From an uncultured bacterium (GTDB lineage: Bacteria > SAR324 > XYD2-FULL-50-16): 64,000 nt of DNA. Below, in pieces: positions 9,253 through 19,781 of this stretch (position 1 is the first letter of the stretch; every line of letters begins with the position of its first letter). Below the pieces are notes generated by a model. It worked only from the letters and a program-made list of their open reading frames with translations. It had not been told where the DNA came from and searched no databases. The DNA is taken from contig CBFCZY010000016.1 in assembly GCA_965602905.1 (NCBI GenBank), positions 2,280-66,279 on the forward strand, given 5' to 3'. Made by a program: the position numbers and the translations under genes.

Positions 9253-11856
9253 TTAGTTGGTCTTTAGTCGCTCTAAAACCTCTTTGATTCTTATGACTAA
9301 AGCCAACCGCAAGATGGGCTTAGGGAGATAATCATCCATGCCGCTTTCAAGGCATGCGGCTTTATCATCATTAAAGGCATTGGCCGTTACGGCAATAATA
9401 GGGATGTGCCCGCCTTCACTGGCTTCCTTTTCTCGGATTAAACGAGTGGCCTTGAGGCCGTCCATCTTGGGCATCCTGATGTCCATTAAGATCAAATCAA
9501 AAGAATCTGTTTCGAGCTTCTCTAGTACCTCCACTCCATTTTGAGCGAGCACCATGGTCGCCTTTAATTTATTCAGGATACTTTTCATTAAAACCTGATT
9601 CACCCTTGTGTCTTCAGCGACTAAAATTTTCAGCCCTGCTAAATCAGGTGAATCATTGGTGTCAGGTTGTATTTTGGGGGGACTTTGCTCCGCCACGATC
9701 AAGGGGATCTCAACAAAAAACTTACTCCCTTGGCCTAACTGGCTGGTTACCCAGATTTCCCCATGCATCAAGTTAACCAGTTTTTTGCAAATTGCTAGGC
9801 CTAAACCTGTGCCTCCAAAGTGTTTTGTCGTGGTTGCATCAGCTTGTGTAAAACGGTCGAAAATATTTTCAATGGCCTGCTCGCTTATACCAATACCGCT
9901 GTCTGCAATGCAAAACTGTAAGGTGGCCTCTCCAGCTGTGGTGCTACCTTTTTTCACAGAAAGCTCTACAGAGCCCTCTTTGGTAAACTTTAAAGAATTG
10001 CTTAGAAGGTTGATCAGAATTTGGCGAATTCGCAGACTGTCACCGATATAATTATTTGGCAGGTCCTCTTCTAAAGTAACGAAAAAGTTTACATTTCTAA
10101 GCTTGAATTGCGTAAAAAATAGGTCTTTTTTTGAATCTAAGAGCTTATTTAGTTCAAAGGGTTCTTTATAGATCTCTAACTGGCCAGCTTCAATTTTTGA
10201 GTAGTCTAAAATATCATTGATCAACTGCAACAGGGAATTGGAAGAATCCACAACGATTTCTAAAAAGCGCCGTTGTTCTTGGTTGAGTTCTGAGTTTAAA
10301 ACTAGATCAGTCATCCCGATGATAGCATTCATTGGCGTGCGGATCTCATGGCTCATATTAGCGAGGAAGGCACTTTTCGCATGGTCGGCAGACCTCGCCT
10401 TTTCTTCGGCCTCTTTGATGTGGGTCACATCCGTTATGGTGCCTGAAAACTGCGCAACTTCGCCCTTTTGGCCACGAGCCATAACCTTTCCACGAGCCAT
10501 TACATAAAGGTAGTGACCTTCATGATGTAGCAGGCGGTGGGTGCATTGAAAATAGTCTGTATCGCCTCTTAGATGCTCTTGAAACTGCTTGTCGAACCAA
10601 GGTTTATCGTCTTCATGTATGCGGTCAGTCCAGCAGGCAATGGTATGCTGGTGTTTGATGTGGCTCAGGCCTAAAAGGTGTAACCAGCGTTCGTCTAAGA
10701 TTAATTTTTTGTCCATTGGGTGCCAGTCCCATAGGCCATGAGCTGTTCCCTCTAAAATTAAGTTGATCCGTTCCCCCGCTTCACGGAGGATTTCAGACTT
10801 TTCCCCTCGTTGCTGTTCCATTTTAAAGTAGAAAAAGAAACCAAAGGCCGTGACCAAAGAAAAGCCTAACCATAAGAAGATTAAACTTTGCGCAAATTCC
10901 CCTAGGTAATCATCCTTGCGAAAGCTGATCACGTAGGCGACTTGTTCCCCTAAGACATTCATCACAGGCAGAAAGACCAAAAGGTAATTTTGGCCCTTGA
11001 CCTTTACCGTTTCTGCAAAGGCCTCACCGCCATTTAGCCGTACCTGAATACTAGGGGCGATTGCCGCTTTAACCTCTTCAAAGCCTGTTGCAGCAAAGGA
11101 GCTTGTTTCGCCAAGAAAGGCAGAGTGAGCAATATTTTCCTCTAGGTACAGTGGGTTTAAGGGCGAGGTTTTATAGTTTGATTTTTCATCAAAAAACACT
11201 TTTTTTGAGATGACCTTTTTTTGTAAAATAAAGTCAAATCGAGTGTCGCTAGTTACGTTGAGTTTGGCTTTTAGCGCGTCAAAAGACATGCTGGTTTCCA
11301 CAGAACCAATATGGTTTTTTTTGTAAAAAAGAGGGAAAACGTAGCGAAAACCGTTATAGATTCTTCCCTCTTCAAAACCTGAAACATAACGCTGTTGGGT
11401 ATTGGCGAGATTTACACTGGCACGAACAGACATTAAATTATCCCCAAATTTACCAGGCCTGTGAAAGCGTAAAAAACTATCCCCGTTGGGCAAGTGGAAA
11501 TGGAGTTGGCGGATGCCAAATTTTTTAATTTCGGTGTATTCTAAGTGCAGCTCGTTCCAGAGTTTTGTCCTTATCGCAGCCTTATGCGCAAGGTCGCCAT
11601 CCTTGGCTGTAGAGATAATTTCTAGCACCTTGGGGTTATCTACAACATGGTGATAAAACACCTTAGCCAAAACTTCACTGGAATAAAAAGCCTGCTGGTA
11701 AACACGGTTGAGCTGTTTTATTTCTTGAGTGAAGTAGATACTGCGGCTTTCTTTCCAGTAGTGAAGCAGTGGGCCTATGAACAGGAATTGTAAAATAAAG
11801 AAGGCTCCAAGAAGCCCCAGAAAAGTGTTCTTTGTTTGTATTTTTTTCATGATCAT
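9253..11856 (-). CDS. hybrid sensor histidine kinase/response regulator with periplasmic Cache-like sensor, PAS, HisKA, HATPase_c, REC
   Basis: N-terminal TM, a roughly 280-aa periplasmic region, a second TM and a PAS-like segment. H-box [16 protein letters not shown]. HATPase_c motifs ([23 protein letters not shown]). C-terminal receiver ([11 protein letters not shown]...[11 protein letters not shown]). Confidence 0.85.
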   Translation of the reverse strand: MIMKKIQTKNTFLGLLGAFFILQFLFIGPLLHYWKESRSIYFTQEIKQLNRVYQQAFYSSEVLAKVFYHHVVDNPKVLEIISTAKDGDLAHKAAIRTKLWNELHLEYTEIKKFGIRQLHFHLPNGDSFLRFHRPGKFGDNLMSVRASVNLANTQQRYVSGFEEGRIYNGFRYVFPLFYKKNHIGSVETSMSFDALKAKLNVTSDTRFDFILQKKVISKKVFFDEKSNYKTSPLNPLYLEENIAHSAFLGETSSFAATGFEEVKAAIAPSIQVRLNGGEAFAETVKVKGQNYLLVFLPVMNVLGEQVAYVISFRKDDYLGEFAQSLIFLWLGFSLVTAFGFFFYFKMEQQRGEKSEILREAGERINLILEGTAHGLWDWHPMDKKLILDERWLHLLGLSHIKHQHTIACWTDRIHEDDKPWFDKQFQEHLRGDTDYFQCTHRLLHHEGHYLYVMARGKVMARGQKGEVAQFSGTITDVTHIKEAEEKARSADHAKSAFLANMSHEIRTPMNAIIGMTDLVLNSELNQEQRRFLEIVVDSSNSLLQLINDILDYSKIEAGQLEIYKEPFELNKLLDSKKDLFFTQFKLRNVNFFVTLEEDLPNNYIGDSLRIRQILINLLSNSLKFTKEGSVELSVKKGSTTAGEATLQFCIADSGIGISEQAIENIFDRFTQADATTTKHFGGTGLGLAICKKLVNLMHGEIWVTSQLGQGSKFFVEIPLIVAEQSPPKIQPDTNDSPDLAGLKILVAEDTRVNQVLMKSILNKLKATMVLAQNGVEVLEKLETDSFDLILMDIRMPKMDGLKATRLIREKEASEGGHIPIIAVTANAFNDDKAACLESGMDDYLPKPILRLALVIRIKEVLERLKTN

Positions 11857-12193
11857 TTTTACTTTTAGTCCTTAGTTAATGATTACAAAAAAAGATCCAT
11901 TTGTCGATAAAATACAGATGCCTTTTGTAGGTATCCACTTATAAAAAGTCATTCAAATAGGGTATTTACCCTGATTTAACCCTTTCAAAGTCTGAGGCTT
12001 TCCCTTTGCCTTTGGCCTCTTTCAAGGCGAAAATAAGAGGCTTTAAATCTTTAAGCCAAACAAATCTGCTAAGGTTGGATGCTGCATTTCTGAATCAAAA
12101 ATTAATCCTCTTCTAACATAATCTAAATACAAAGCCAGTATCCTGGGGTTAACTTTTAAGCCCATAGGTACTGTCAGGCGCCTGTAGGAAGTA

Positions 12194-13972
12194 ATGTTAA
12201 AAAAGGTACAGCTGATGATACAAGATTTAGAGCAAAAAGAGAAAATGGATTGGGTCCAGAGTTTTGAGCAGCTTCAAATTCTATTCAAGCCCATTGTAAA
12301 TACCCAAAGTGGTAAAATACATGCTGTAGAGTCCTCCATTGGTTCCATCTCAAAATTGGGGTTTTACAGCAGAAAAGAGCTTTTTTGCTTTGCTGAAGAA
12401 GAAGGCTATACAAAGGACCTTCACCATTGCCTGTTAAAAAAATCACTTAAAGGATTTAGCTCTCTCCACCCTGCCGGTGAACTAAAGCTATTTTACCCCT
12501 TAACCCTAGGTTTGGACGAAAGTAGCTGGCATGATTCTGTACAAGAGTTGGCCCAAGAATATAAAATTAAACTGCCAAATATTTGCATGGTCGCTGAAAG
12601 TGAAGAGTTAATCATAGACCCCTCCACGGTAAACCAATCGGGAATTTGTATCAGTGGTGAAGTGGGTTATTTTTCTAATTTTTTTGAAAAAGAACCTAAT
12701 TTTCAATATTTCCGCCTTACTCGAAACCTGTATATTCCAGCGCAAAAAAACCGAAAAAAACGTTTTTTTATGCAAAAACTTGTAGAAAATTGTGGCTACT
12801 TTGGGGTCTCGCTACTGGCTGTAGATGTGGAAACTAAGGGCGAAGCATTATTTTTAAAAGACTTAGGTTGTAACTACATTCAAGGTGAGGTTGTATCTCG
12901 GCCCTTAAGGCCAAGTGTAGAGAGGCCCTTAGAATTTGCCTTTATAGAGCAGGTTTATAACCAGTCTAAGCGGGAAAAGGAACAGAGATGCATACATTCT
13001 TTGGCAGAAGAGATTAAAGCTGTAGAGGCCATATCTGTAACTACCCCCGTTAGTGAGGTTTTGTCGAAGTTCCAGGCCCAAGAAGAGGTTAGCTTCTTTC
13101 CTGTTGTAAACGAAATTGGTGAGCCTCTAGGTTTGATTCGTGACCGAGAACTGAAAGCTTACGTCTATTCTCCCTTTGGTCACCAACTTTTAAAAAATAG
13201 AGGGATTGGCCTCGGGCTTGATGGCTTTATTACTCAGTGCCCTAAGGTAAACACCAACGAGAAGATTGAAGACATTTTAAATATCTTCGCTAATCAAAAT
13301 TGTGAAGATGGCATTTTAATTGTAGAAAATCAAAAGTACCGAGGTATGCTCAACGCCAATTCTTTGGTCCGCCTGATCAATGAAAAAAATCTCTTCCAAG
13401 CAAGGGATCAAAATCCCTTAAGTAAGCTTCCTGGGAATCAAGTGATCAACAACTATATTCAAAAGGTGCTTCAAGATAATTCTGAAACCAGTTATTTAAT
13501 CTATTTCGATTTTGATAATTTTAAACCCTTCAATGACTACTATGGCTTTCGCAAAGGCGACCGAGCTATTTTGCTTTTTGCGGAACTGATGCAGAAATTT
13601 ATTGCTTCAAGCGGTGGCTTTATAGGGCACATCGGTGGCGACGATTTTTTTGCAGGTTTGACAGGGGATGATTACGAGTCTGTAGCTAAAAAGATCGGCA
13701 AGCTTTTGCTTAAATTTGGCGAGGATGTAAAAAGTTTTTACGATCTTAATGACCGTAAACGAGGGTTCATAAAGGCTCTAGACCGAAATGGGCGGGAGCA
13801 AGATTTTCCTCTTTTGGGCGTTTCAGCGAGCCTGTTGCAGGTCTCACCTGCCAGCGGTTGTAGGTTTGAAGAGGTTGCCGATATCTTTGCCCCTATGAAA
13901 AAGTCTGCGAAAAGTAGCCCCGACCACTATGTTGCCGCTACTTTTTGGAGTCAGCCACAAACAAATCGATAG
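12194..13972 (+). CDS. EAL(degenerate)-CBS pair-GGDEF(GGDDF variant) c-di-GMP signalling protein
   Basis: The N-terminus is EAL-like (FKPIVNTQSGKIHAVESSIG ... VDVETKGEALFLKDLGCNYIQGEVVSRP). A CBS pair lies in the middle. The C-terminus is GGDEF-like (YLIYFDFDNFKPFNDYYGFRKGDRAI ... GHIGGDDFFAGL). Confidence 0.7.
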   Translation: MLKKVQLMIQDLEQKEKMDWVQSFEQLQILFKPIVNTQSGKIHAVESSIGSISKLGFYSRKELFCFAEEEGYTKDLHHCLLKKSLKGFSSLHPAGELKLFYPLTLGLDESSWHDSVQELAQEYKIKLPNICMVAESEELIIDPSTVNQSGICISGEVGYFSNFFEKEPNFQYFRLTRNLYIPAQKNRKKRFFMQKLVENCGYFGVSLLAVDVETKGEALFLKDLGCNYIQGEVVSRPLRPSVERPLEFAFIEQVYNQSKREKEQRCIHSLAEEIKAVEAISVTTPVSEVLSKFQAQEEVSFFPVVNEIGEPLGLIRDRELKAYVYSPFGHQLLKNRGIGLGLDGFITQCPKVNTNEKIEDILNIFANQNCEDGILIVENQKYRGMLNANSLVRLINEKNLFQARDQNPLSKLPGNQVINNYIQKVLQDNSETSYLIYFDFDNFKPFNDYYGFRKGDRAILLFAELMQKFIASSGGFIGHIGGDDFFAGLTGDDYESVAKKIGKLLLKFGEDVKSFYDLNDRKRGFIKALDRNGREQDFPLLGVSASLLQVSPASGCRFEEVADIFAPMKKSAKSSPDHYVAATFWSQPQTNR

Positions 13973-14004
13973 GCAAGACCTCAAGTTTGACTTCAATTTG
14001 AATC

Positions 14005-16995
14005 ATGGTACAATGGATTTGTACATATTATATAGGCGGACTCATGAAACCAATTGATTCAAACCTAGAGAAAAAAGTCCAAAGCTTAGCTCAGGCTTTG
14101 TGGACGGCTACACAAGATAAGGCCCCTGGATTATTTGACCAAGACTTTTGGCAGGGCAAACTATTAGATCTGGTGATGAAAGACCCTGCCTTTAAAGTGG
14201 ATTTTTTTAGATTCATCGATGTGCTGCCCATCTTAAACAACAGCAAAGATTTTACCGAACACGTTGAAGAATACCTGCTGAAACCGGGCCACCAATTGCC
14301 TAAGTTCATCGAGCTCGCCTTGCAGGCTACAGCCTTCAAATTGACTGCACCCTTGGCTTCCAAAGCCGTTAAGGGCAGGGTGAGTGATCTCGCCATGGGC
14401 TTTATTTTAACAGATAAAATGGGTGAGGTTGCAGAGAAACTTTTAGAGCTCAACCATGGAGGTTTGGGGTATACTGTTGATCTATTAGGGGAAGCAACCT
14501 TGAGCCGAGAAGAGGCGCAAAGTTACCAAGAAAAATATCTCCAACTGATTGACCAAATCGCCGAAGCCAGTAAAAGACAACCTGCAAAAGGGGCCTTAAC
14601 GGAGTGGGTACAGGGGTTAGGAAACATGTCCATTAAGGTAACAGCCTTTGCCCCATACTTAGAATCTGCTGATTTAGAGGGGAATCTCGACCGATTGGAA
14701 GAGATGTTATTGCCTGTCTTTCGCAAAGCCAAAAAAGCGGGAATATTTATCAATCTCGATTTGGAACAGTGGCAGTATCACCAACTGACCTATCAACTCT
14801 TTGCAAGGCTGGCTCTGCACCCAGATCTGCAAGATTACCCTAAAATGGGTGTCGTGGTGCAAGCCTATTTGCTTTCCACAAAAGAAGACCTGCACTTTTT
14901 ATTGGGCCTTGCCCAAAAAAGAGGCACTTCCTTTAGTATCAGGTTGGTGAAGGGCGCCTACTGGGACTATGAAGTGATCAACGCCCAAAGCCACGGCCTG
15001 CCTGTTCCTGTATACTTGCAAAAGGCCCAGACGGACGTGAGTTATGAGCAGGCCAGTCAGTTTATATTGGACCATTACAAAGTGCTTCGCCCCGCCTTTG
15101 CCAGTCACAATTTGCGTAGTTTGGCCTTTGCCTTGTCTCTCGCTGAAGAGTTAGAAATACCAAAAAAAAATATAGAGATCCAAATGCTTTATGGCATGGC
15201 GGAACCGACCAGATTGGCTCTGCTAGAGGAAGGCTACCCCATTCGACTCTATACCCCTGTGGGGGATTTGCTTCCAGGGATGTCTTATTTGGTGCGGCGC
15301 CTCTTGGAAAATACCAGTAACGAAGGTTTTCTGCGCCAAAGTTACCAAGAGCATGCAAGCTTGGAAAGCCTGATGCAAAATCCCAAAAATCTAATCCAGC
15401 CCACCAGAGAGGCAACCACAGCGGATGGATTTACCAATTGCCCTGAGCTGGATTTTTCTCTGCCCCAAGTGGCAGGTAAATACCAAAAGGCGCTAAATAA
15501 AGTGCTACAAAGCCTGCCCACCCAAGTACCGGGGGTGATTTCAGGGGAACGATTCTTTCCTAAGAACTTACACTTTACCAAAAGCCCCAACGACCTAAAT
15601 TTAACTGTGGCAGAGCTCAGCTTCTTAGAAGTCAATGAGGCCGAACTTGCCATTGGTGAGGCTACCGAGGCTTGGCCCAGTTGGGCGGAAACCGCTGTGG
15701 CAAAAAGGGCCGATTACCTTGACCGTTTGGCCGATATTTTAGAAGAAAAACGCTATTTCTTTTGCGCTTTAGAGACGGTGGAGGTAGGGAAACCTTGGCC
15801 CGAGGCCGATGGGGATGTAGGCGAGGCCATCGATTTCTGCCGCTACTATGCCCATGTAGCCAGAATCACCTTAGAGCCTGAATCCTTAGGCCAACTGGAT
15901 GGAGAAGAAAACATCCTCTACCATGAGGGCCGAGGGCCAGCAGCCATCATAGCCCCATGGAATTTCCCCTTGGCCATTCTTTGCGGCATGACCACAGCGG
16001 CACTAGTGGCTGGCAACCCTGTCTTGATCAAGCCCAGTTCTAACGCAGCCCTAACAGGGTATCATTTCTTTTTGGCCCTAGAGGAAGCAGGTTTTCCTTC
16101 TGAGGTAATCCACTTTTTACCAGGGGCTGGGAGCAGTATTGGTGGCTATTTGGTTGATCATGTGGCTGTTCCTTTGGTGGCCTTTACGGGAAGTAAGGCT
16201 GTGGGTTTGGGGATTTTAGAGCGAGCAGGTCAGGTGAGGTCAGGGCAGAAACTCATTAAAAAGGTTGTCTGTGAAATGGGTGGAAAGAATGCCATCATTG
16301 TTGATTCTGATGCAGATATGGATCTTGCTGTAGCAGGGGTTATCCAGTCGGCCTTTGGTTTTGCAGGGCAAAAGTGTTCGGCCGCCTCTCGTATCATTTT
16401 GGTTGGCGAGGCCAAAGAATTATTTTTACCAAGGCTTTTGGAATCCTTAGCAAGCATGCCTGTAGCCCCTGCCACTTCGCCCAGTTGCCGCTTAGGGCCT
16501 GTTATCGACCAAGTGGCCTTTGACCGTTTGAAGGCTGTGGAGAAAAATCTAACGGCAGGGGCAGAGTTGCTATTTCGAGGTGAGGTTCCAGAAGGTGGAT
16601 TTTTTATCGCCCCACAAATTTACCAAGTGACCGACCGACAGCACCCCCTGTTACAGCAGGAATTATTTGGCCCTATTACTACAGTGATCCATTGCCCCGA
16701 TTTTGATTCGGCTTTAGATGTTGCCTTAGATAGTGAATATTTTCTAACCGGGGCAATCTATTCGCGTAACCCCGCCCATTTGGAATTGGGGAAGAAGCGC
16801 TTTAAGGTCGGTAATCTATACCTAAACCAAGGTTCCACAGGGGCAAAGGTTCAACGCCAGCCCTTTGGTGGCTTTGGCATGAGCGGGACAGGCACCAAAG
16901 CTGGGGGACGAGATTACTTAAAAAACTTTACCCACCCTAGGGTTGTAACAGAAAATTTACTAAGAAGAGGCTTTTCACCGACCCTACTCCTATAA
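14005..16995 (+). CDS. putA: bifunctional proline dehydrogenase / L-glutamate gamma-semialdehyde (P5C) dehydrogenase PutA (no DNA-binding domain)
   Basis: The N-terminal half is PRODH-like. The C-terminal half is an aldehyde dehydrogenase with EMGGKNAIIV and catalytic Cys in GQKCSA. The real start may be MKPID at 14044. Confidence 0.85.
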   Translation: MVQWICTYYIGGLMKPIDSNLEKKVQSLAQALWTATQDKAPGLFDQDFWQGKLLDLVMKDPAFKVDFFRFIDVLPILNNSKDFTEHVEEYLLKPGHQLPKFIELALQATAFKLTAPLASKAVKGRVSDLAMGFILTDKMGEVAEKLLELNHGGLGYTVDLLGEATLSREEAQSYQEKYLQLIDQIAEASKRQPAKGALTEWVQGLGNMSIKVTAFAPYLESADLEGNLDRLEEMLLPVFRKAKKAGIFINLDLEQWQYHQLTYQLFARLALHPDLQDYPKMGVVVQAYLLSTKEDLHFLLGLAQKRGTSFSIRLVKGAYWDYEVINAQSHGLPVPVYLQKAQTDVSYEQASQFILDHYKVLRPAFASHNLRSLAFALSLAEELEIPKKNIEIQMLYGMAEPTRLALLEEGYPIRLYTPVGDLLPGMSYLVRRLLENTSNEGFLRQSYQEHASLESLMQNPKNLIQPTREATTADGFTNCPELDFSLPQVAGKYQKALNKVLQSLPTQVPGVISGERFFPKNLHFTKSPNDLNLTVAELSFLEVNEAELAIGEATEAWPSWAETAVAKRADYLDRLADILEEKRYFFCALETVEVGKPWPEADGDVGEAIDFCRYYAHVARITLEPESLGQLDGEENILYHEGRGPAAIIAPWNFPLAILCGMTTAALVAGNPVLIKPSSNAALTGYHFFLALEEAGFPSEVIHFLPGAGSSIGGYLVDHVAVPLVAFTGSKAVGLGILERAGQVRSGQKLIKKVVCEMGGKNAIIVDSDADMDLAVAGVIQSAFGFAGQKCSAASRIILVGEAKELFLPRLLESLASMPVAPATSPSCRLGPVIDQVAFDRLKAVEKNLTAGAELLFRGEVPEGGFFIAPQIYQVTDRQHPLLQQELFGPITTVIHCPDFDSALDVALDSEYFLTGAIYSRNPAHLELGKKRFKVGNLYLNQGSTGAKVQRQPFGGFGMSGTGTKAGGRDYLKNFTHPRVVTENLLRRGFSPTLLL

Positions 16996-17002
16996 GGACG
17001 CC

Positions 17003-18217
17003 ATGGAAGACCAAGGAGTTAGTTTTTGCATTGAGGCCCATCTTTTAGACAGCCTAATTTTGTCTGAGCTTTTAGACCAGTTGGCCAGTTTAAAAGTTGA
17101 CTATCAGATCGAAGACTGGAAGATCGGCTCAACCAGAAAAAATGCCAGCAAGATCTGCCTGCGCCTTTGGCCCACAGGGCAGAAAGTTGAATCTTTGAAC
17201 CTACTTATGGCGAACTTTGACGCTGTGAGAGGCGAGCCTGAGCTGAAAGAAGTGGAGGTTGCCTTGTCGCCAAAGGATGGCGTTTACCCAGAAGGTTTTA
17301 TTACCACCAGCAACCAGCCAACAGAAGTTTTTTACAACAACCAATGGCTTACGGTGGCAAGTCTCTGTATGGATGCCGCCATTAAGGTGACAAAGAATAA
17401 GGCCAAGGCGGTAAAGTTTTTTGAAGTTAAAAAGGGAGACCTCATAGTTGTGAGTGATTTTGGTGTGCGAGTTCATCTGCCTAGTTCGTTGGGCAGTAGT
17501 GAAGGCTTTAGCTTTATGGGGTCTAATGTAAGCAGTGAAAAACCTTGGCAGCAGGTGATTACCTCCATTGCCAAAGAAATTAAGTCCCTCAAGGGTAGAA
17601 AAAAAGTATTGCTCGTCGGTGGCCCCGCTATTATCCACACAGGTGCAGCGATTGATTTAACGAATCTGATTGAAGGGGGTTGGGTCAATTTGATTTTTGC
17701 AGGCAACGCTCTGGCAACCCACGACATTGAAGCGGCGCTTTCGGGCACCAGTTTGGGGGTGGATCTAACGACAGGCAAAAATCAACATCTCGGCAACAGG
17801 CACCATTTGCAAGCGATCAATAAAATCCGTCAATGCGGGGGGATTGCTGAGGCTGTGAACCAAGGGGTTTTAAATTCTGGGATCATGCATGCCTGTGTGA
17901 AAGAGGGCGTAGATTTTGTTTTGGCTGGCTCCATCAGGGACGATGGGCCTTTGCCCGAAGTGATTACAGATGCAATTGAGGCCCAAAAGACCATGAAGGC
18001 GAGACTGCCTGAAGTGGGATTGGTTTTAATGGTGGCGACTCTGCTGCACTCTGTCGCTGTGGGGAATTTGCTCCCAGCAGGCATCCCCACTTATATGGTG
18101 GATATTCACTTGGGCGCAGCCACAAAATTGGGCGACCGAGGAACGGGGCAAGCGGAATCTTTGGTGATGGATGCCAAGTCCTTTTTGCATGAATTACATT
18201 TGGCCCTAAACCAATGA
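17003..18217 (+). CDS. conserved enzyme of unknown family, possibly LOR/SDH-type (archaeal-type ornithine cyclodeaminase-like)
   Basis: 404 aa with a Gly-rich VLLVGGPAIIHTGAA motif. It overlaps the next gene by 4 nt (ATGA) and follows putA by 7 nt. Family assignment is from memory and tentative. Confidence 0.45.
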   Translation: MEDQGVSFCIEAHLLDSLILSELLDQLASLKVDYQIEDWKIGSTRKNASKICLRLWPTGQKVESLNLLMANFDAVRGEPELKEVEVALSPKDGVYPEGFITTSNQPTEVFYNNQWLTVASLCMDAAIKVTKNKAKAVKFFEVKKGDLIVVSDFGVRVHLPSSLGSSEGFSFMGSNVSSEKPWQQVITSIAKEIKSLKGRKKVLLVGGPAIIHTGAAIDLTNLIEGGWVNLIFAGNALATHDIEAALSGTSLGVDLTTGKNQHLGNRHHLQAINKIRQCGGIAEAVNQGVLNSGIMHACVKEGVDFVLAGSIRDDGPLPEVITDAIEAQKTMKARLPEVGLVLMVATLLHSVAVGNLLPAGIPTYMVDIHLGAATKLGDRGTGQAESLVMDAKSFLHELHLALNQ

Positions 18218-19014
18218 AAGCCCTGCTTTGCAGCCCCGACTACTTTGGGGTGAGCTACGAGATCAACCCTTGGATGCATGTGCAAACCCAGCCTGATGGA
18301 GCACTGGCAATGACCCAGTGGCGGGCACTTTGCGAGGCCTTGCAAGGTTTGGGGGTGACTTTAGAATTGATTGCGCCTGTGAAAGGCCAACCAGATATGG
18401 TTTTTACTGCCAACGGGGGTTTGGTTAAGGGGTTAGGTGGAGCCGCCCAAGTAGTACTGCCAAACTTTCGGCACCCAGAAAGGCAAGGGGAAAGGTCAGC
18501 CTTTGCAGCATGGTTTGAAGCCTGCGGCTATCAAACCCAGAGTTTGCCTGCAAACTACCCCTTTGAGGGGGAGGGAGATGCGCTCTTTTGTGGGCAACGA
18601 TTATTTACAGGCTACCCTGTTCGCACTCATCTCGGCGCCCATAGGCAACTGGGGGAAATTTTTGACTGTGAAGTCATTTCTTTAATGTTGGTAAACCCTG
18701 CTTTTTACCACTTGGATACTTGCTTTTTTCCCATTAATCCTGAACTTGCTGTCTATTACCCTAAAGCCTTTGATGACCATGGTATCAAACTAATAAAAAC
18801 CTACTTTAAAGAAACCATTGCTCTGGCGGATACAGATGCAGCGGCCTTTTGTTGTAACGGCGTAGCCGTGGGGCAAAATTTGATTCTGCCTCAAGGTTCA
18901 GAGGAGTTGAAAGGGCAATTGGAAGCCTTAGGATTTAAGGTCACCTATCTAAATTTTAGTGAATTTATCAAGGCTGGCGGTGCGGCAAAATGCCTTACCC
19001 TCTGGCTAGAGTAA
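18214..19014 (+). CDS. amidinotransferase-superfamily hydrolase (DDAH / citrullinase CtlX-like)
   Basis: 266 aa. The N-terminus MKALLCSPDYFGVSYEINPWM and the length fit the DDAH/arginine deiminase-like pentein fold. A conserved Cys lies near the C-terminus (GGAAKCLTL). Confidence 0.6.
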   Translation: MKALLCSPDYFGVSYEINPWMHVQTQPDGALAMTQWRALCEALQGLGVTLELIAPVKGQPDMVFTANGGLVKGLGGAAQVVLPNFRHPERQGERSAFAAWFEACGYQTQSLPANYPFEGEGDALFCGQRLFTGYPVRTHLGAHRQLGEIFDCEVISLMLVNPAFYHLDTCFFPINPELAVYYPKAFDDHGIKLIKTYFKETIALADTDAAAFCCNGVAVGQNLILPQGSEELKGQLEALGFKVTYLNFSEFIKAGGAAKCLTLWLE

Positions 19015-19034
19015 GACAAATTAGGAGCCTTAAG

Positions 19035-19781
19035 CTACTTAAAAGAAGCCAAAAGTTGGCTGTTTTTGGGGTGCTTGCCTAGGAGTTCGATCAACTTTTC
19101 AATGGCACCTCGATCATTTTCTTTTCCCAAGGTGCGGTAAAGAGTATTGAGTTGTTCATATTCTTCAGGCTCAAATAAAAGCTCGGCTCTGCGAGTAGCA
19201 CTTTTCAACACATCAATTGCAGGGAAAAGACCATTTTGCGCCAGTTTTTTAGAGAGTACCAATTCCATGTTTCCTGTGCCCTTGAATTCTTCAAAGATCA
19301 CTGTGTCCATGGCGCTTCCTGTATCCACTAAAATGGTAGCGATAATGGTGATGGAACCTGAATCTTCAACGTTGCGAGCAGCACCAAAAATTCGACGAGG
19401 GATTTCCATAGCCCCTGCGCCCATACCACCTGACATGGTTTTTCCACCACTGCGGTGATTGGTGTTGTGCACCCTTGCCAAGCGAGTCAAGGAATCGAGC
19501 AGGATCATTACATCATGCCCTTCTGCGGCCTCTTTGAAGGCCTTAGATATTACTTGGTCAGCCACTTTAATATGTTCTTCTTGGCCTTGGTCCATTGAAG
19601 AAGAGTAGACTTCTGCGGTCACGCCACGTTTAAAATCCGTTACCTCTTCTGGTCTCTCATCAACCAGTAGGCAGAAGACTTTCATGTCGGGGTGGCCTTC
19701 TGTGACAGCCTTACAAATATTCTTTAAAAATGTCGTTTTTCCAGAGCCTGGTGAGGACACAACCAGTGCACGTTGACCCAT
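19035..19781 (-). CDS. rho: transcription termination factor Rho, ATPase core (ORF as given by first ATG; homology continues upstream to 20042 without a canonical start)
   Basis: Walker A SSPGSGKTT, the LLVDERPEEVTDF Q-loop region, LLDSLTRLARVHN and FGAARNVEDSGSITIIATILVDTGS match Rho closely. The ATG at 19781 is the Met inside the conserved PIG-M-GQR motif. Confidence 0.8.
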   Translation of the reverse strand: MGQRALVVSSPGSGKTTFLKNICKAVTEGHPDMKVFCLLVDERPEEVTDFKRGVTAEVYSSSMDQGQEEHIKVADQVISKAFKEAAEGHDVMILLDSLTRLARVHNTNHRSGGKTMSGGMGAGAMEIPRRIFGAARNVEDSGSITIIATILVDTGSAMDTVIFEEFKGTGNMELVLSKKLAQNGLFPAIDVLKSATRRAELLFEPEEYEQLNTLYRTLGKENDRGAIEKLIELLGKHPKNSQLLASFK

